From Nymphaea colorata (taxonomy: Eukaryota): DNA of 64,000 nt. The stretch spans positions 4,216,001 through 4,280,000 of the forward strand of contig NC_045138.2 of the NCBI RefSeq assembly GCF_008831285.2. Reading direction: 5' to 3'. Under the pieces are notes generated by a model. The model did not search any database and had not been told where the DNA came from. It worked only from the letters and a program-made list of their open reading frames with translations. Positions within the stretch are counted from its first letter, which is position 1. Each line of letters opens with the position of its first letter. Position numbers and translations under genes: made by a program. Below are positions 12,901-26,156 of this stretch, piece after piece.

Positions 12901-14919
12901 AGAAGATCCCAACGCATTCGTCATCCCATTCACAGGTGGGTTAGCTATGATTCTTTATCACTTGATTTTCAGTTATTCATGGCAAAAGTTGGCAAGGAGG
13001 AAGAACCTACTTCATTTGATGAAGCATCAAAATCACATCATTGGAGAAAGGCTATGAAAGAAGAAATGGATGCCTTGCATGAATGTGGAACATGGGAGAT
13101 CGTTCCGAGGCCACACGAAAAGAACGTAGTGGGCTCCAAATGGGTATACAAAATTAAATACAAACCTGACGGCAGCATAGAAAGACACAAAGCAAGGTTA
13201 GTAGCAAAAGGGTTTACACAACAATATGGAGAAGATTATGATGAGACATTCAGCCCTGTGATCAAAATGGGAACAATTCGCGTGATTATATCATTGGCAG
13301 TTGAATATGGATGGAGACTACATCAAATGGACGTGAAGAATGCTTTTCTTCATGGTGATTTAAGGGAGGAAGTATATATGGAACAACCTCCAGGATACAC
13401 GAAAGGAGACTCTCATGCATGGGTTTGCAAACTAAGAAAATCTATTTATGGACTTAAACAGGCCTCACGTTCGTGGTTTGACAGTTTCTCTTGCAAGATT
13501 CAAGAATGTGGTTTTCGGAGATGTCCTCTAGATCACTCTCTTTTCATTTATCGAAAGGAAAACATATTTACTTTACTTCTTATATATGTTGATGATATTG
13601 TTATCACAGGCAATTCAGAAAAACACATAGAAGAAGCTAAAGTTTTGATGATGCAAAACTTCAAAATGAAAGAGCTTGGTGATTTACGATTCTTTCTTGG
13701 AGTGGAGATTGATAGGCACAATAATCGCCTCACATTGACACAACAGAAATACACGTTGGATTTGTTGAAAAAGTCAGGTATGTCTGATTGTAAGCCTGTT
13801 GGAACTCCTAGTGTTCTAAATCAAAGACTAAGTGCTCAAGATGGGGAGTTATATGAAGATCCTACGCAATATCGAAGTATTGTTGGGGCACTTCAATATC
13901 TTACATTTACTAGACCAGATATTATATATGCTGTGAATCAAGTATCCCAATTTATGCATGCACCTAGAGATACTCACATGGATGCTGTCAAAAGAATATT
14001 AAGATATCTTAAAGGGACAGCAGGAGATGGCTTAGTTTATGGTAAGAGTGAAAATATAACTACTGGACATCAACTTATGACATTCACAGATGCAGATTGG
14101 GCTGGAGATCCCGATCAAAGAAAGTCCATTTCTGGTTTTTGTATTTTCATTGGACGTAATCTTGTGTCTTGGAGTTGTCGAAAGCAAAAGGCAGTAGCAA
14201 GATCCAGCACTGAAGCTGAATACAGATGCATGGCTGCAGGTACTGCTGAAGTTACATGGGTTAGACATTTGCTAGAAGACATTGGAGAAAAGATTAAAAC
14301 ATCAATGTTAATGTGCGATAATCAAAGCGCTATTAACATTGCCTTTAATCCCGTACAACATGGTCGAACAAAGCACATTGAGATTGATCAACACTTTGTT
14401 AGACAAAAGGTGGAAGACAAGGAAATTCAGCCTATTTATGTTCGTACAGATGAACAAGTTGCAGACTTATTTACAAAAGGATTAACAAAGGAACGATTCT
14501 GGTTTCTAAAAGGCAAGTTGTACATGGTGCAAAACCATGCACAACTTGAGGGAGGGTGTTAAAATATAAATCCTTCACCAGCACGTTGAAGAGGAGTCTC
14601 TTAGGATTCCACCTCCTTGTAGAATGTGTTAAAATATTTAATGTCCTTGTAACATGTGAAGAGTCTCCTAGGATTCTATGTTATAGTTAATATCCTTGTT
14701 ATATGGGAAGTCTCCTAGGATTCTATGTTGTAGTTAATATCCTTGTAATATGTGAAGTCTCTTAGGTTTCTATGATGTAATTAATGTCCTTGAAGCTTGT
14801 GAAATCTCCTAGGATTCTACGATTGGAGACTCTTAGAATTCTGAAAATGAGATTATAAATAGAGGCCGTGCAAACCATTTTGGCTACGGCTTCTTCTCCT
14901 CAGTTTCTTCTTGTTTTCA

Positions 14920-14958
<39 letters not shown>

Positions 14959-17900
14959 CCTGCTTGAGTGCTGTTTTCGGGTTACAGATATTGGTGCTAC
15001 ATTTCTATCAGTACTGGGGCGTCTGATAACACCGGATCTTAGAACGGGGGGTCTAATTTAACAAGAGGTCACCTCATATCCATAGTTCTAAGTTTCTAAC
15101 AAACTACAGATTTGTGAACCATGGCCTTAAGATCACCATTTTGTCTCAAATCCATGCATTTCAAAGAGGGGAGATGGGTCTGACTTGAGATACATGGATT
15201 TCAAGATGCACAATTTACAAATCCATGGTGTAATCCTTGGATCGTTCAAGCATAGGATTTTAGATCCTCGTTAGAAACCAAGGATTTAAAATCTTAGAAT
15301 ATAAGATCCTAAGATCTTAGATCTCCTTGAACACCCCAAAAGTTGTTTCCCCTAATTGAATATTTACTTCATCTAAGTGTTCAAGTTTATTGAAGAAGCA
15401 CACTAATTAAAATACAGAACACGGTTAAACAAATCAAACTCAACAAGATTCTCAGTGCATGGGAGTGTGTATATTGAAATGTGTGAAAAGGAAGATGGAT
15501 CCAGTCACTTACTTCTTCAATTTAGAGAAGAGATGATCTGCATGAAGGAGGTCGTAGCTTCTGGGATAGGTGTTGAAAGATTCACACCAGTCATGATATA
15601 TGCCAAAAAGACCACGCTCATAAATGATAGGAAGTGTGTCTGCTGAGTTAACTGGCACCACATTCATAACCCACAAGTTTACATCTTTCAGGGCAGCAGC
15701 AAAGCTGCAAGAAAAATTCCAAATTGTGGTTAGCAAATCAAAATTTTACAACTTAAAGAGGTCAGGGAACCTAAAAACAAATGACCAGACGCACGTGCAC
15801 ACCATTTATACTACATCTTATGACTTATAATTACTGATGATCAAAATGTATAAAGGGGGGAAAAGTTCTCATCCAGATATGGCAACATAATCTCTGTCTG
15901 TCAAAATTTAAACACAGTGACAAAACTTCTGAATGACAATCTCTGAGATCCAGTACTCAATATGCTTCAGTATGGGGTGAAATTTGTGTAAACTAATTAG
16001 TACTCAAGATGCTGCTAAACATGTCATTTGACCATCATTCTTAATATATCAGGATCTAATGTAGGCATATTAACTATGAAGCCCATCAGCCAGGGGCGGC
16101 ACTAAAAATTTTTCATTAGGGGGCCAAACCATAGTTTCAAAATTTTAACAGGGGCCGAAATCTAAGTTCTCAAAATTTCTGTATGGGCTAAATGAAAATT
16201 TTGAAAAAGTACGTGTTTTTTTTTTTTAAATTTGAGGAAGGGCCATTCCCCCTCAACCCTCTGGCTCCGCCCCTGCCAACAGGCATGACAAACAGAACAA
16301 ACATCAAACTCAGAACATTTTCACATAACATAACATTTCAGAAAAGAGGCAAAAAAGTTACCAGTGGCAACTGGCAAACAATAAGCAACTGCTAGGTTTG
16401 CCATTTTACAGAGCAGTTTACAGGGTTAATCTGTTTTTCCGTTTCTTTTTCCTTTTTGAAGGAGCAGTGAAAGCATTTTATTCTGTGTATCTAATTGAAT
16501 GGAGTGCAGTTGCTATTTAAAGTAGAAATGCAACCATACCAATAATGAGACCAAGATTATTCTCTTAACGTTACTTGAACATTAGATGTGTCGGGTGTAC
16601 ACAGGGGGCAGAGAGAGAGAGAAAGAGAGAGAGCATTCACTTACCCTCCATACACAGCTCTCATGTCCATGACATTCCTGATTCTTGACCAGTTGATTCC
16701 CAGACCCTTCAAGTACGATTTGGACACAACCCGTTTCCAGTGTTCATAATCTGAAGTGAAATCCTCAGGTGCAGCCTTGCCATAAACCCCAGTTTGAGTA
16801 GACAGCCAATAAGGTGGATTCTCCAATCTAAGGGGCCATTCTTCAGGCCACTTTGACCCTCGCTCTGTTGAGGCCACTGGCACCTTGTGCATGCATGCTT
16901 GCAATGGAACATACCTATGCATGCCAAATTACAAATTAACATCAAAAGCTAAATCTTCAATTCAAATAATAAATAAAAGCAAAGAACTGTCAATGACAAT
17001 ACCATGCTGCATTTGGCTCATCTGATTCCTTGCACATTGGAGGTTCACTCACAGGTCTGTTCTCATAGCAATCATTAGAAGTAGGCTTCTTAAAAATTGC
17101 AGCACCAACTTGGTTCACTCTGTCATACTCAACTTTCTTAAGATCCCAGCACATGTCCTTTGTTAGCTTCTTCATGGCTATCAAGTAGTGCAGAACAGAT
17201 TTATCAGGTATGCATAACATAAAGAGACATTTTTCCTATTATCAATAATAGAGGATCTCCTAATAGTTACAGATAATCAAACCCTGTATTCCTGAACTAC
17301 AATAAAACCATCAGCGAACTATATGCCCCAGATTTCAAAAGGTGATTTTATGCAGTCACAGAAAAGCAAAGCCTCTAATCAGTTGATCAGCATGCAGTGT
17401 TTGAGAACCAAACATGTATTCTGTAAAGATATGCACAGAGAGAAGCATGAACAAGCATACCCTTCCATATCCCAGCATCTTCTTCATTCTTCTTGTTTTG
17501 GTAAACTGGGGTAGCAGACCATACAAAATAACCACCCGGACGTAACACCCGATTCAACTCAAGCAAAAGCATTCCACCTGTAAGGCACACATAATCAGGT
17601 CCTTTTTCTTTTATAGTCGAAGGGAAGGCAGGTAATATTTTTGGCAATCTCATAAAAATGATATTATGAAAATCTTTCTAGAAAAGAATAGAACAAGGAG
17701 AGACAACAGAAAGAAAACTTTAAATAGACAGAAAGGAACCACCTTCAATGTGCCAAGGAACCCTACAACGTGCACAGTGGACAACATCAAATACCCTGCT
17801 TGGGAATGGCAACCTCTGGGTGCCCATAACCGCTGATATTGCTGGAATTCCCCGCTCAAGAGCAAACTGCACCTGAGCTTCATGCTCATCCTTGGGAGCA

Positions 17901-19753
17901 AATGACATTGCAAGCACATCATTGTCAAAAAGATAGCCCCCAAAACTGGCAACTCCACACCCTACATCCAATATCACACGAGTCCTTTTTCCCCATGCAA
18001 TATCAGGCTTAATCTGCAAGTAAAACCATATCATCAGCATGCTCTACTTATCTGGCATCCCTAGTACAAAGGGGAATAGGTAAAAACACTAAGAGTTCTG
18101 CAGGTCGACTAGCTGGGATAAAGGAAAAAGAAGTGCAGAAAAATAAAAAAATTAAAAAAGAAAAGTTAACCACCTGAAAGTATGTCTCTAGTAAGCACAT
18201 CGATAAAACCAAACAAACATATGATATGCACTAACAAATGCAGTACATTTTTTTATTTAACTAAAAATGCAGCAATTGTAGCTTCGGAAAGTCATCAATG
18301 AGGGGTTGATTAAGATAGTTCCTATCCTAATATAAAAAAGAAAAACAAAATTCGAAAAAAAAAATTATATCATTGTGGATAACAAATGGCGAAAGGGCAT
18401 AATTGGCCAGGACTAATGGCTGAAATAGATTACCTCCTGTATAAAGTCAATATAATGCTGGGCCCCATTCTTGAATTGAGTTCCACCACCAGGGAAGATG
18501 AGATGATCTCCGCTAACTTTTACCCAATTTTGATGGCCTTTTACTTGAGCAAGCTTGGTGTGTGGAACGTTAGAATACCATATCTGCAACAAGCAAATAA
18601 AACTCAACTTTTGTATCACTTCAAATCACTGGATTAGTTAATACACTGACAGGTACTGTCCTCTTTTCTTGGTGGTGAACAGGAAAAGACTTGATAATAA
18701 AGCATGGAACTATTTCTATAACAAAAACCGAAGCTAATGCTTGAACGAGCATACCTTGTCCCTGCTTGTAGGCCACTCAATTGGCCTTCTGTATCCTTCA
18801 GGGAGAGGAACAAGGCAAGTGGGGGCTGGATCAGGACAATGCCTCTCCCTATGTTCATAGTGTTTTGTTGATGGAAGACGCTTAATTGCTTGCTCATTGT
18901 CAAGACAGGGAATGTAATCAGGACCAGCAGTTACATTACAAAGTTTCCATTTGTATCCATCGGACCCTCCTTGTGCATCATTCTCATTCTTTGACTCTGT
19001 AGCCTGTGTCTTCCACGTCCCAGTTTGTATGTTTGTCTCGTTCAAGATTTCAGATTGTGCAGCATCTGGGAGAACCTCACCTGGACTCTTTTCTTTAACC
19101 TTGTCCTCAGATGGAGATTCTTGATTTTCGTCCTTAGGAGTTTCATCAGGACTATCTTGCCCACCAGCACCATCACTTTCAGACTGCTTCTTGGAATCAT
19201 CACTCTGATCAGGTGCTTTCTCTTCATTATGCTCATCCACTTTGTCCTTTAATTCAACTTTTTCCTCCTCTGTGACTGGCTCATTAGATTTTTCTTCAAG
19301 TTTCTCCTCTGTCTGAGGTAGTTGTTGGTCACCACCTTCAACCTCTTGCTCTTGAATCTTCTCCCGGTCATCTCCTTTATCTGTGCTCTCATCAGACTCT
19401 TGTATCTCTTTCTTGCTCTCCTTTTCTTGAGTCTCCTGCACTGGATCCTCTTGAACTTTTTCTTCTACTTCTGGGGCCTTCTCTTCTTGAGATGGATTGC
19501 CATTGTCTCCTTGAATTGCATCTGAAGGAAGATCCCCAGGAGTATCTTCAAAAGCTTGTGAGGTATCTGGAACGCGTTCTTTTAGCTCTGATTTCGTTTC
19601 AGTTGACACACTAGTAGTTGGGACTGGAATAATAGACGAGGATGTCATCATCCAAACACCAACTAGACATAGAGCCACAAAGACAACCAGTGTCACTGTC
19701 GAACAATAGGATGTCGACTTTCTATCTGTTCGAGGGTTCTTCCCAAAAGCCAT
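8642..19753 (-). CDS. Probable Golgi SAM-dependent (pectin) methyltransferase, PMT26/PMT24-like (DUF248/Methyltransf_29), ~795 aa
   Basis: Exons 19753-18755, 18583-18434, 18013-17743, 17577-17461, 17177-17003, 16914-16645, 15704-15513 and 8855-8642 are all GT-AG and total 2388 nt. The protein has an N-terminal TM anchor ([14 protein letters not shown]), an acidic stem, [60 protein letters not shown] and [10 protein letters not shown]. The last intron contains a Copia element. Confidence 0.93.
9564..10029 (+). repeat. 5' LTR (466 bp)
   Basis: TGTTAAAATATAAATCC...TTTCTATCA, with a TATAAATA box at 9861 and (CT)21. Confidence 0.96.
10251..14562 (+). CDS. Copia gag-pol polyprotein; gag N-terminus frameshifted near 10330, remainder open to 14562
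   Basis: Motifs: zinc knuckle [14 protein letters not shown]; protease WFLDSGA; integrase [52 protein letters not shown]-type IYVDD; RNase[22 protein letters not shown]. The gag start [16 protein letters not shown] (ATG 10251) is in a different frame from IWKRQIMPF... The stop codon lies inside the 3' LTR. Confidence 0.9.
14557..15010 (+). repeat. 3' LTR (454 bp)
   Basis: Matches the 5' LTR by eye except (CT)15 versus (CT)21. Confidence 0.96.
16091..16275. mobile_element. hAT-type MITE in a PMT intron
   Basis: TIRs CAGGGGCGG / CCGCCCCTG. Flanks CCATCAGC and CCAACAGG match at 6/8 positions, consistent with a decayed 8-bp TSD. Confidence 0.7.
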
Positions 19754-21534
19754 TTTTGCATCAACAAAGTTTAGAGACTCATAAAATTACCCAAAGCTAC
19801 CTTGCCAAGCCTGCGGAGAAAAGCACAAAATAGCACTTTACAAATTTTATACCAGAAAGAGCAGAGAAAAGATACAAGAAGCTATTGTCTATGGAAAAAC
19901 CACTTCAAAAATCACCGACTATAAATTTTACACCAGCAAGAGCAGAAACAGCAGAAGATACCCGCAATATTATGGAAGCAAAAAGTTCAAAAACCACTGA
20001 AAAAAACCAAATAATAGCTCCACACAGTTAGACTTGAACAACTGCACAAGGTTGCCTGAACATTCATGGTACTCAACAACAATACTCGAGCAAGTATGTG
20101 CAAATAACAAAATTATTCTCAAGGCCCACTTACAAAGAAGGACTCGCAATCATTCTACATATGAAACAAGACAAACAATAGAGATTTACTTAAGCAAACA
20201 AACACGAGCAATTTTTCTACATATAAAACAAGACAAACAGATGATATAGGGATTTACTTGAAGTCTTGAACACATAAACTGCAGCAATTTTTTTTTCTCT
20301 TTCTCGAAAGACCTAACCAACAAAACTTACTCCTTATCAGCTCCAAGAATCTATTTAATAGCTTATCAGAAAGTTTTAAAATTAGACACCTCAAGAGAAC
20401 TAAACACAAGAAGAAATTTCCAGAATCTACTTATATGAAATGCTGAACAAAGATTTGAACGGAAAATATAAGCCTTCAAATCCAATTATTAGTCACAAGA
20501 ATTGGTATTGCAGAAGTAAATAAAACCAAAAATATTCACAAGAAAGGAATCAACCACAGCGTCAATAATGTCCACAACAACAAGGAATTGAGGTTGGGCG
20601 AGACAGCTGGAATAATCTTAAGCCGTGACAATCGGTTTTTTATCCCATGGTAGTTAACCAGGGTTAGGCTATCGAAGAAAAATTCAGAGAATTAACGACA
20701 ACTTTGGGGAGGAAGACTCAGATGACCAGATCTGTACTTGTGCTGCAGAAATCAGTCAAAAAGTTAGCAGTAACAGCATATACTATCATAGTAGCCACTA
20801 GCCAGATCCAAGAAACTTCTATAGAGGATTTTAAGGACCGACTCTATCATCGACTAAAATGCATCTAGCAGTATTTTGCATCTAATCTGAACTGAATTGA
20901 ACATCAGAAACTACTCTCGTTCAGCTCAAACTACACTTGCGAAAGCGGTTCAGATCTGGTTACAAATGACATTTTCAATCCACATGACCGCAACCAGAAG
21001 ACGTTGCATTGCTGTCCAACGCAAAAACGAACCTTCTGGATAACTAAATCCAGCAAAATCAACTTCACTGCACCTCATAAATTCACAGCCAGAATCAATA
21101 GGACCAAGAATGAACTGACATCCCCCAAAGCTCTCAGCTTACACGATCTACAAGCATGGACTGCACCATTTCGCAAGTAAAAACAAGAAAAAGCTAAAAA
21201 CACACATCCAGGCAAGTTACGCTCGCTAGTAGTCAAAGAATCTCGGATCCCGGAACACACGAACAAGTCAAGCTCAAGTCTATCGAAAGCCGGAATAAGT
21301 AGACGGATCTCCACATAAGAACCCCACTAAACCTCAAGAAACGACTCCGCACACATACGACACAGCTGAAATCGCGAAATTGCCAGCTCCCGCCCAAAAG
21401 ACGGCGACCTGGCGCGTAAAGAACTCAAGAGACCCATGATTACAAGAACGACTTGACGGAAAACCTCCGAACCTTCAGATCCAGGAACCGGAAATCTTGC
21501 AGACAGGCGGAAAGTTAGGGTTGTTCTGAATCTT

Positions 21535-21650
21535 ACCCTCCGGGTGGCGGAGCTCCGACGTGTTAGATCTCGAGAGCCGACGCGGACAAAGAGGACGAGA
21601 AAAACAGAACCCCCCTCGCTCCTTATTCGGCAATCGCTATTTATATAGAT
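21535..21650 (-). promoter_or_regulatory. Probable TATA box and non-coding first exon of the PMT gene
   Basis: Minus-strand CTATATAAATAG at ~21637-21648. Donor-like GG|GTAAGA at 21536. Polypyrimidine acceptor ..CTCCGCAG at 19811, just upstream of the ATG, which implies a ~1.7 kb 5'UTR intron. Confidence 0.5.
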
Positions 21651-22912
21651 GGTGGGAGGAAGTGATGAGGTCACCCGGTTTTCCCCCGTAAGAAATTTTG
21701 TTTTTCGTCCCACTATTTACTTATAATTACGTGAAAAATATTTTTTTAGTAAGATTATCCTTTCAGAAAAGCTAAGTTATATTCTTATCCCTTTTAGTTA
21801 ATATTTCTGTTATCTCGGCAGAAATTTACGCCATGGTTTTATTTGAGAATTTATTAACAAAATTAAGCTTTTATATAAAATCAAAGTTTTGTCTTGATGC
21901 ATTTACGAACCAAATATATAACTAAATCTGGATATTTTTCTCGTTCTTACTATTTTTCTTGAACTTAAATATGTCTTTTTTTTCCACCATAATTTTTATC
22001 TTCATGCATTTATAAACAAAATTCTTTTTCTTAACTATTTTTCTTTAATTTAAATATGAGTTTCTTTTATACCTGAATTTTTGAACGCGATGGATTCGAT
22101 CCGACCGAAAAGAACGGGACAGGTCACCGGAGCCAAAAGTCAAATTACTAATACGCCCTTCACGTCGCTGCTTTCCCGAACGCGGTCTCCGCCAGCCGGT
22201 TCCGGGAGAAGTTTCCTTTTCAGAAAATTTCAATTTGGTGCCTATATTTTGATATAATTTGGGAATCCGACAGTGGTAATATGAACAAAAGTAGGCCGTT
22301 TGCTCAGCACCGTGGACCTCTCATTTTGAAAAAACCGTTGGATGGTTTTTGTTTTCTTTTATTCTTTTCTATCTTCAGCAAAGACTCCTGACTTTCAAGT
22401 CCTACTAAATATTGTTGCGTAGAAATAAAATGGCGTTAATTTATAGACTACCGATTAGTAAGGTTCTCTTTGGTATAATTGTTAATAGATTTATAAAATG
22501 TTTTTTAAGTTGTTTTATGAATATGCTTTAATTTTTTATCATATTTATAAAACAGTTAAATAATCATTCTGTTTATCTTAAAGGTCTCATATCTGAAAAT
22601 TTCAAAGCCTAAGGCCTTTTCCTGTAATTATAACTGAAATTTTCGGCTGCATTGAAAATGTTTCCTTTTCGTATTGCCATCCCGAGCCTTTAGATATGCG
22701 GTTAACATTCCATGAAGCCATATGCAAGAGACTGTGAGTAAATGCGCCATAGTTTCAATCTTTTATGTTGTTTTAAGTAAGTTTGACACCAACAATGTGA
22801 TCCGCACATTTATTTAACAATAAATCCATTTTTAATAACAATTGCCAAAAATTAGTCACTTAAATGTATTAATTTTTTCGCGACAAAGAAGTTGACTAAG
22901 TGTGTGTATATA

Positions 22913-23106
22913 CAGGGGCGGAGGGAGAGGGTGGCCGCTTAGGCCATGGCCCCATCCTGACTAATGAAGAAAAAAATTATATTGAAAAAAATAAATTTCT
23001 TTAATTGCACTATGTATTTTTTGGATTTAAATTCAATTTGACGCTATCCAGATCCAGAGGTTGGACTGTCGACCCGCCCCTAAAGAAAATCATGGCTCCG
23101 CCCTTA
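22913..23106. mobile_element. hAT-type MITE
   Basis: TIRs CAGGGGCGGAG / CTCCGCCCTTA, with a perfect 8-bp TSD TGTATATA at 22905-22912 and 23107-23114. Confidence 0.8.
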
Positions 23107-24230
23107 TGTATATACATATATATTATTTATTTATTGTTGTTATTCATGAATTGATTGTGTTAGGAGCAATTATTGAATTGAGTGACCCTACATGCTTAAC
23201 TACAGCCACAAAAATGTCAAACATTTCCTCAAATACTGGGCATTGGTTGCATACTAAGGAACTCAAATTCTTGCTTGACACTTTAGTGAAATTCACCATT
23301 TTGTTACCTTTGTAAACATCAACACAAAAAGGATTTTTACTTCGGCCTCAGATCTCGGATCTCATATTTGAGGCTATCAAACACACCCTTAGGATGTCCA
23401 AACCCCCTTCTCTTCAAACTCCGGATATGAAAAGTGCTAAAGTCCACCGTCAAACTTCGGATCTTGATGATCTCAAATCACTTTGGATCTCCATCTTAGG
23501 GTAAATAAACATAGATTTAGAGTATTTATTTGATATGTTTCAAAAAATTATATTGCTATCTAATAATGCCTTTTTTATATTATAAAAGTTACCTTGCATC
23601 AATACTTGTGATCATGTATAATTAATGGTGATAATTTGGTGACTTGTTTCATGCTCTTGCATAGAAAAGGAATTAGGTTAGAAAAACTTGCCTTGGGGCT
23701 TGGTGGATTTGAAATTTTTGCATGAGATGTACTTTTGTTTAGTTTTTCATTAGGAAGATTTTAATTACTCTTAAAGGACATGCTTTCTTCCACAATCTTA
23801 AATCAAAAGCTTCTCAGGTGAGTGAGAGTAATATTATTCTACTGAGCTGCGGCCGCTAATTCAGGTAAGTTGATAGCCATTTTATTTAATCAATTGCCTA
23901 CCAGTCACTAGCCCGAGCTGATGCACCAAAATCCCTGAGGACAAAATTTAGAGACTAGATTCTACCAATTAGGGTTTTTGAGTGTGGATCTTAGTTTGAT
24001 GACCTATGAATTTCACACTGAATCTCTTGTTTTGATTAAAAAACAACATAATGCATAGTATCATTGAAATATTAAAATCGAACATGCCCTTAACAAGTGG
24101 CATATATAAAATGTTTTTGCAGGCAATAGCGGGGCTATGTGGGAGTTGGCGCGGGCCACTGCCTACCCCAAACCTTCTAGATCTCATTGAAAATGAGGCT
24201 GGACGTTTAGCTACATGCAGTGCCGACACG

Positions 24231-24636
24231 TAGGGGTGAACAACGCTCAAGCTCGGCTCGTGAACGAGTCGAGCTCGAGTTCATGAGTAGACTCGTTCAA
24301 ATAATTGAGTTGAGTTCGAGCTCAACACATAACTGCCGAGTCGAGCTCGAGCCTTAATCAAGTTGATATTTTCAAACGAGTTTACGAGTTTGTCGAGCCT
24401 TAATCGAGTTAAGTTCAAGATCAACACATAACGATGAATATCAATTTTATTCAAACAAGTTTGTCGAACTCGAACTTAATACGTAATGATGAATATCAAT
24501 TTTATTCAAACGAGTTTGTCGAGCCTTAATCGAGTCAAACTTGAACTCAACACGTAACTGCCGAGTCAAACTTGAGGTTTCATTAGTTGAGCTAAGCTGG
24601 AGTTGACTGAACTTGGGCTCGACGTGTTCTCCTCTG
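24231..24636. mobile_element. hAT-type non-autonomous element, TCGAG-rich family
   Basis: TIRs TAGGGGTGAACA / TGTTCTCCTCTG. 8-bp TSD CCGACACG / CCGATACG. Interior rich in CGAGCTCGAG. Confidence 0.75.
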
Positions 24637-26125
24637 CCGATACGAGAACCGAGCATGTAAAGCACTTCAGCCAAAAAAATCCTAACTCCCCATTGTTTAC
24701 AGGACGAGAATCTCGAAATATATTTGAAATTTTAATATGAGATTCACATTTTCGATTTTACACTAACTACTACTTCTAAATTTTTTTTTTCCCCTTTCTT
24801 TTCAAGGGATAAGGGAAAGAAGTGGATTTGATTTGAGCAAAAGCTTAGGGATGTCAAACAAGACATGGTTAGGTATGGTATCGCCAAATGCGCTCTTAAA
24901 AGTTTGGTGTTTATAACTTTATTAGACACTTCGACAGGGACGCCTTCATCGTTTACTTGATCAAGTTGCATCTGAAATTCACCCATTTCATACTCAACGT
25001 CATTAAAGGACATAGCAAGATTTTGGATTGGCAGAATGATTTTAGTCACGAAGACTTCCCAATATCTTAGTTCTGGCAAGTTTGTCTTGTATGGGACTCA
25101 TCTTAAATCCATTGTTATAAAAAATTATAGAGTTGCAAGTAAGATAAGTGGGCAATTTGTGAATTACAAATCAGTAAAACGGGGAGGGATTAGATTTTAA
25201 ACTTTAAGGGGCACCCACATGTAAATAAGTGAAAACTTAAGCAGATACAGATGTAAATATCCCAACTTGTGTAGGCTTGTGTGGGCAATTGTATACACCA
25301 TCACCGGCTCCCGCTCTCTTCACACACTCACACATATATATTAAGATAGAGAGAGAGAAAATTGTAGGAGGTAGATAGCTAAAGAACAAACTCAGTTTTT
25401 GATATTTGTCATATAGGCGTTCGAGAGAAAAATGAGAATAAAAAGGTGATGGAGCATTTTTATCACATAGTATTAGTTGACATTATTGTTATTTTTTCTC
25501 TCTCAACCACCAATGTGAAAAAGATTAAAAAGCTGAAAATTATATATATTGTGTGTGTGTGTGTGTAAGTGATTGGTAATTACCATACCAGTTGGGTAAA
25601 AGACAAAAATTAAGGCATCTTAAATTTGCGTTAAGAAGTATTTAAAAAGAAATGTGAACCTCCTAGTGTATTATTTATAAACACTGATTTAATGTAAATG
25701 ATGTTTAGTTCAAGCTATTTTTTTTATATTATGAGAGCTGTTTATTTTCAATTTATCAAAAAAAAAAAGCATTACTAAAGTAAAAAAAATGAGTAACTTA
25801 ATTGTATTTCTCGCCAAAATGACTCTTAAGTTCATATCTATAAGGTTTAGAATGTAAAATAAATGCTTTAATATTTAATTTTAATAGGACTAGCTTTTTC
25901 TTTTACGCAAGTGAGCTGGTATTTAGCAATTTTCATGTGTTATATATACAGTCTCTTTCACTGTCCAACTCCATGGGGTCACAATTGGTGATAGAGGACT
26001 TGGCTTCTCTTGTCTTATCATGTGTCAATTATTGCCAAATCGGTGGAAGCTCATGCATCTGGCAGTATTTCATGTGATCATTGTAGCTGCTTCCACAACA
26101 TGCCCATCAAGCAATATAAGATGCA

Positions 26126-26156
<31 letters not shown>

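Larger units (their letters stand above)
9564..15010 (+). mobile_element. Full-length Ty1/Copia LTR retrotransposon (short-LTR, probably Ale-like), 5447 bp
   Basis: TG..CA LTRs at 9564-10029 and 14557-15010. 5-bp TSD GTACT at 9559-9563 and 15011-15015. PBS TGGTATCAGAGC at 10030-10041 (tRNA-iMet type). PPT GAGGGAGGG at 14548-14556. Domain order is gag-PR-INT-RT-RH. The lineage call is an inference. Confidence 0.97.

Noticed and set aside
24744..25079. 111-aa ORF as a captured gene fragment (Pack-MULE)
   Set aside because: I recognise no domain and cannot find convincing TIRs or a TSD. A BLASTX search would be needed.
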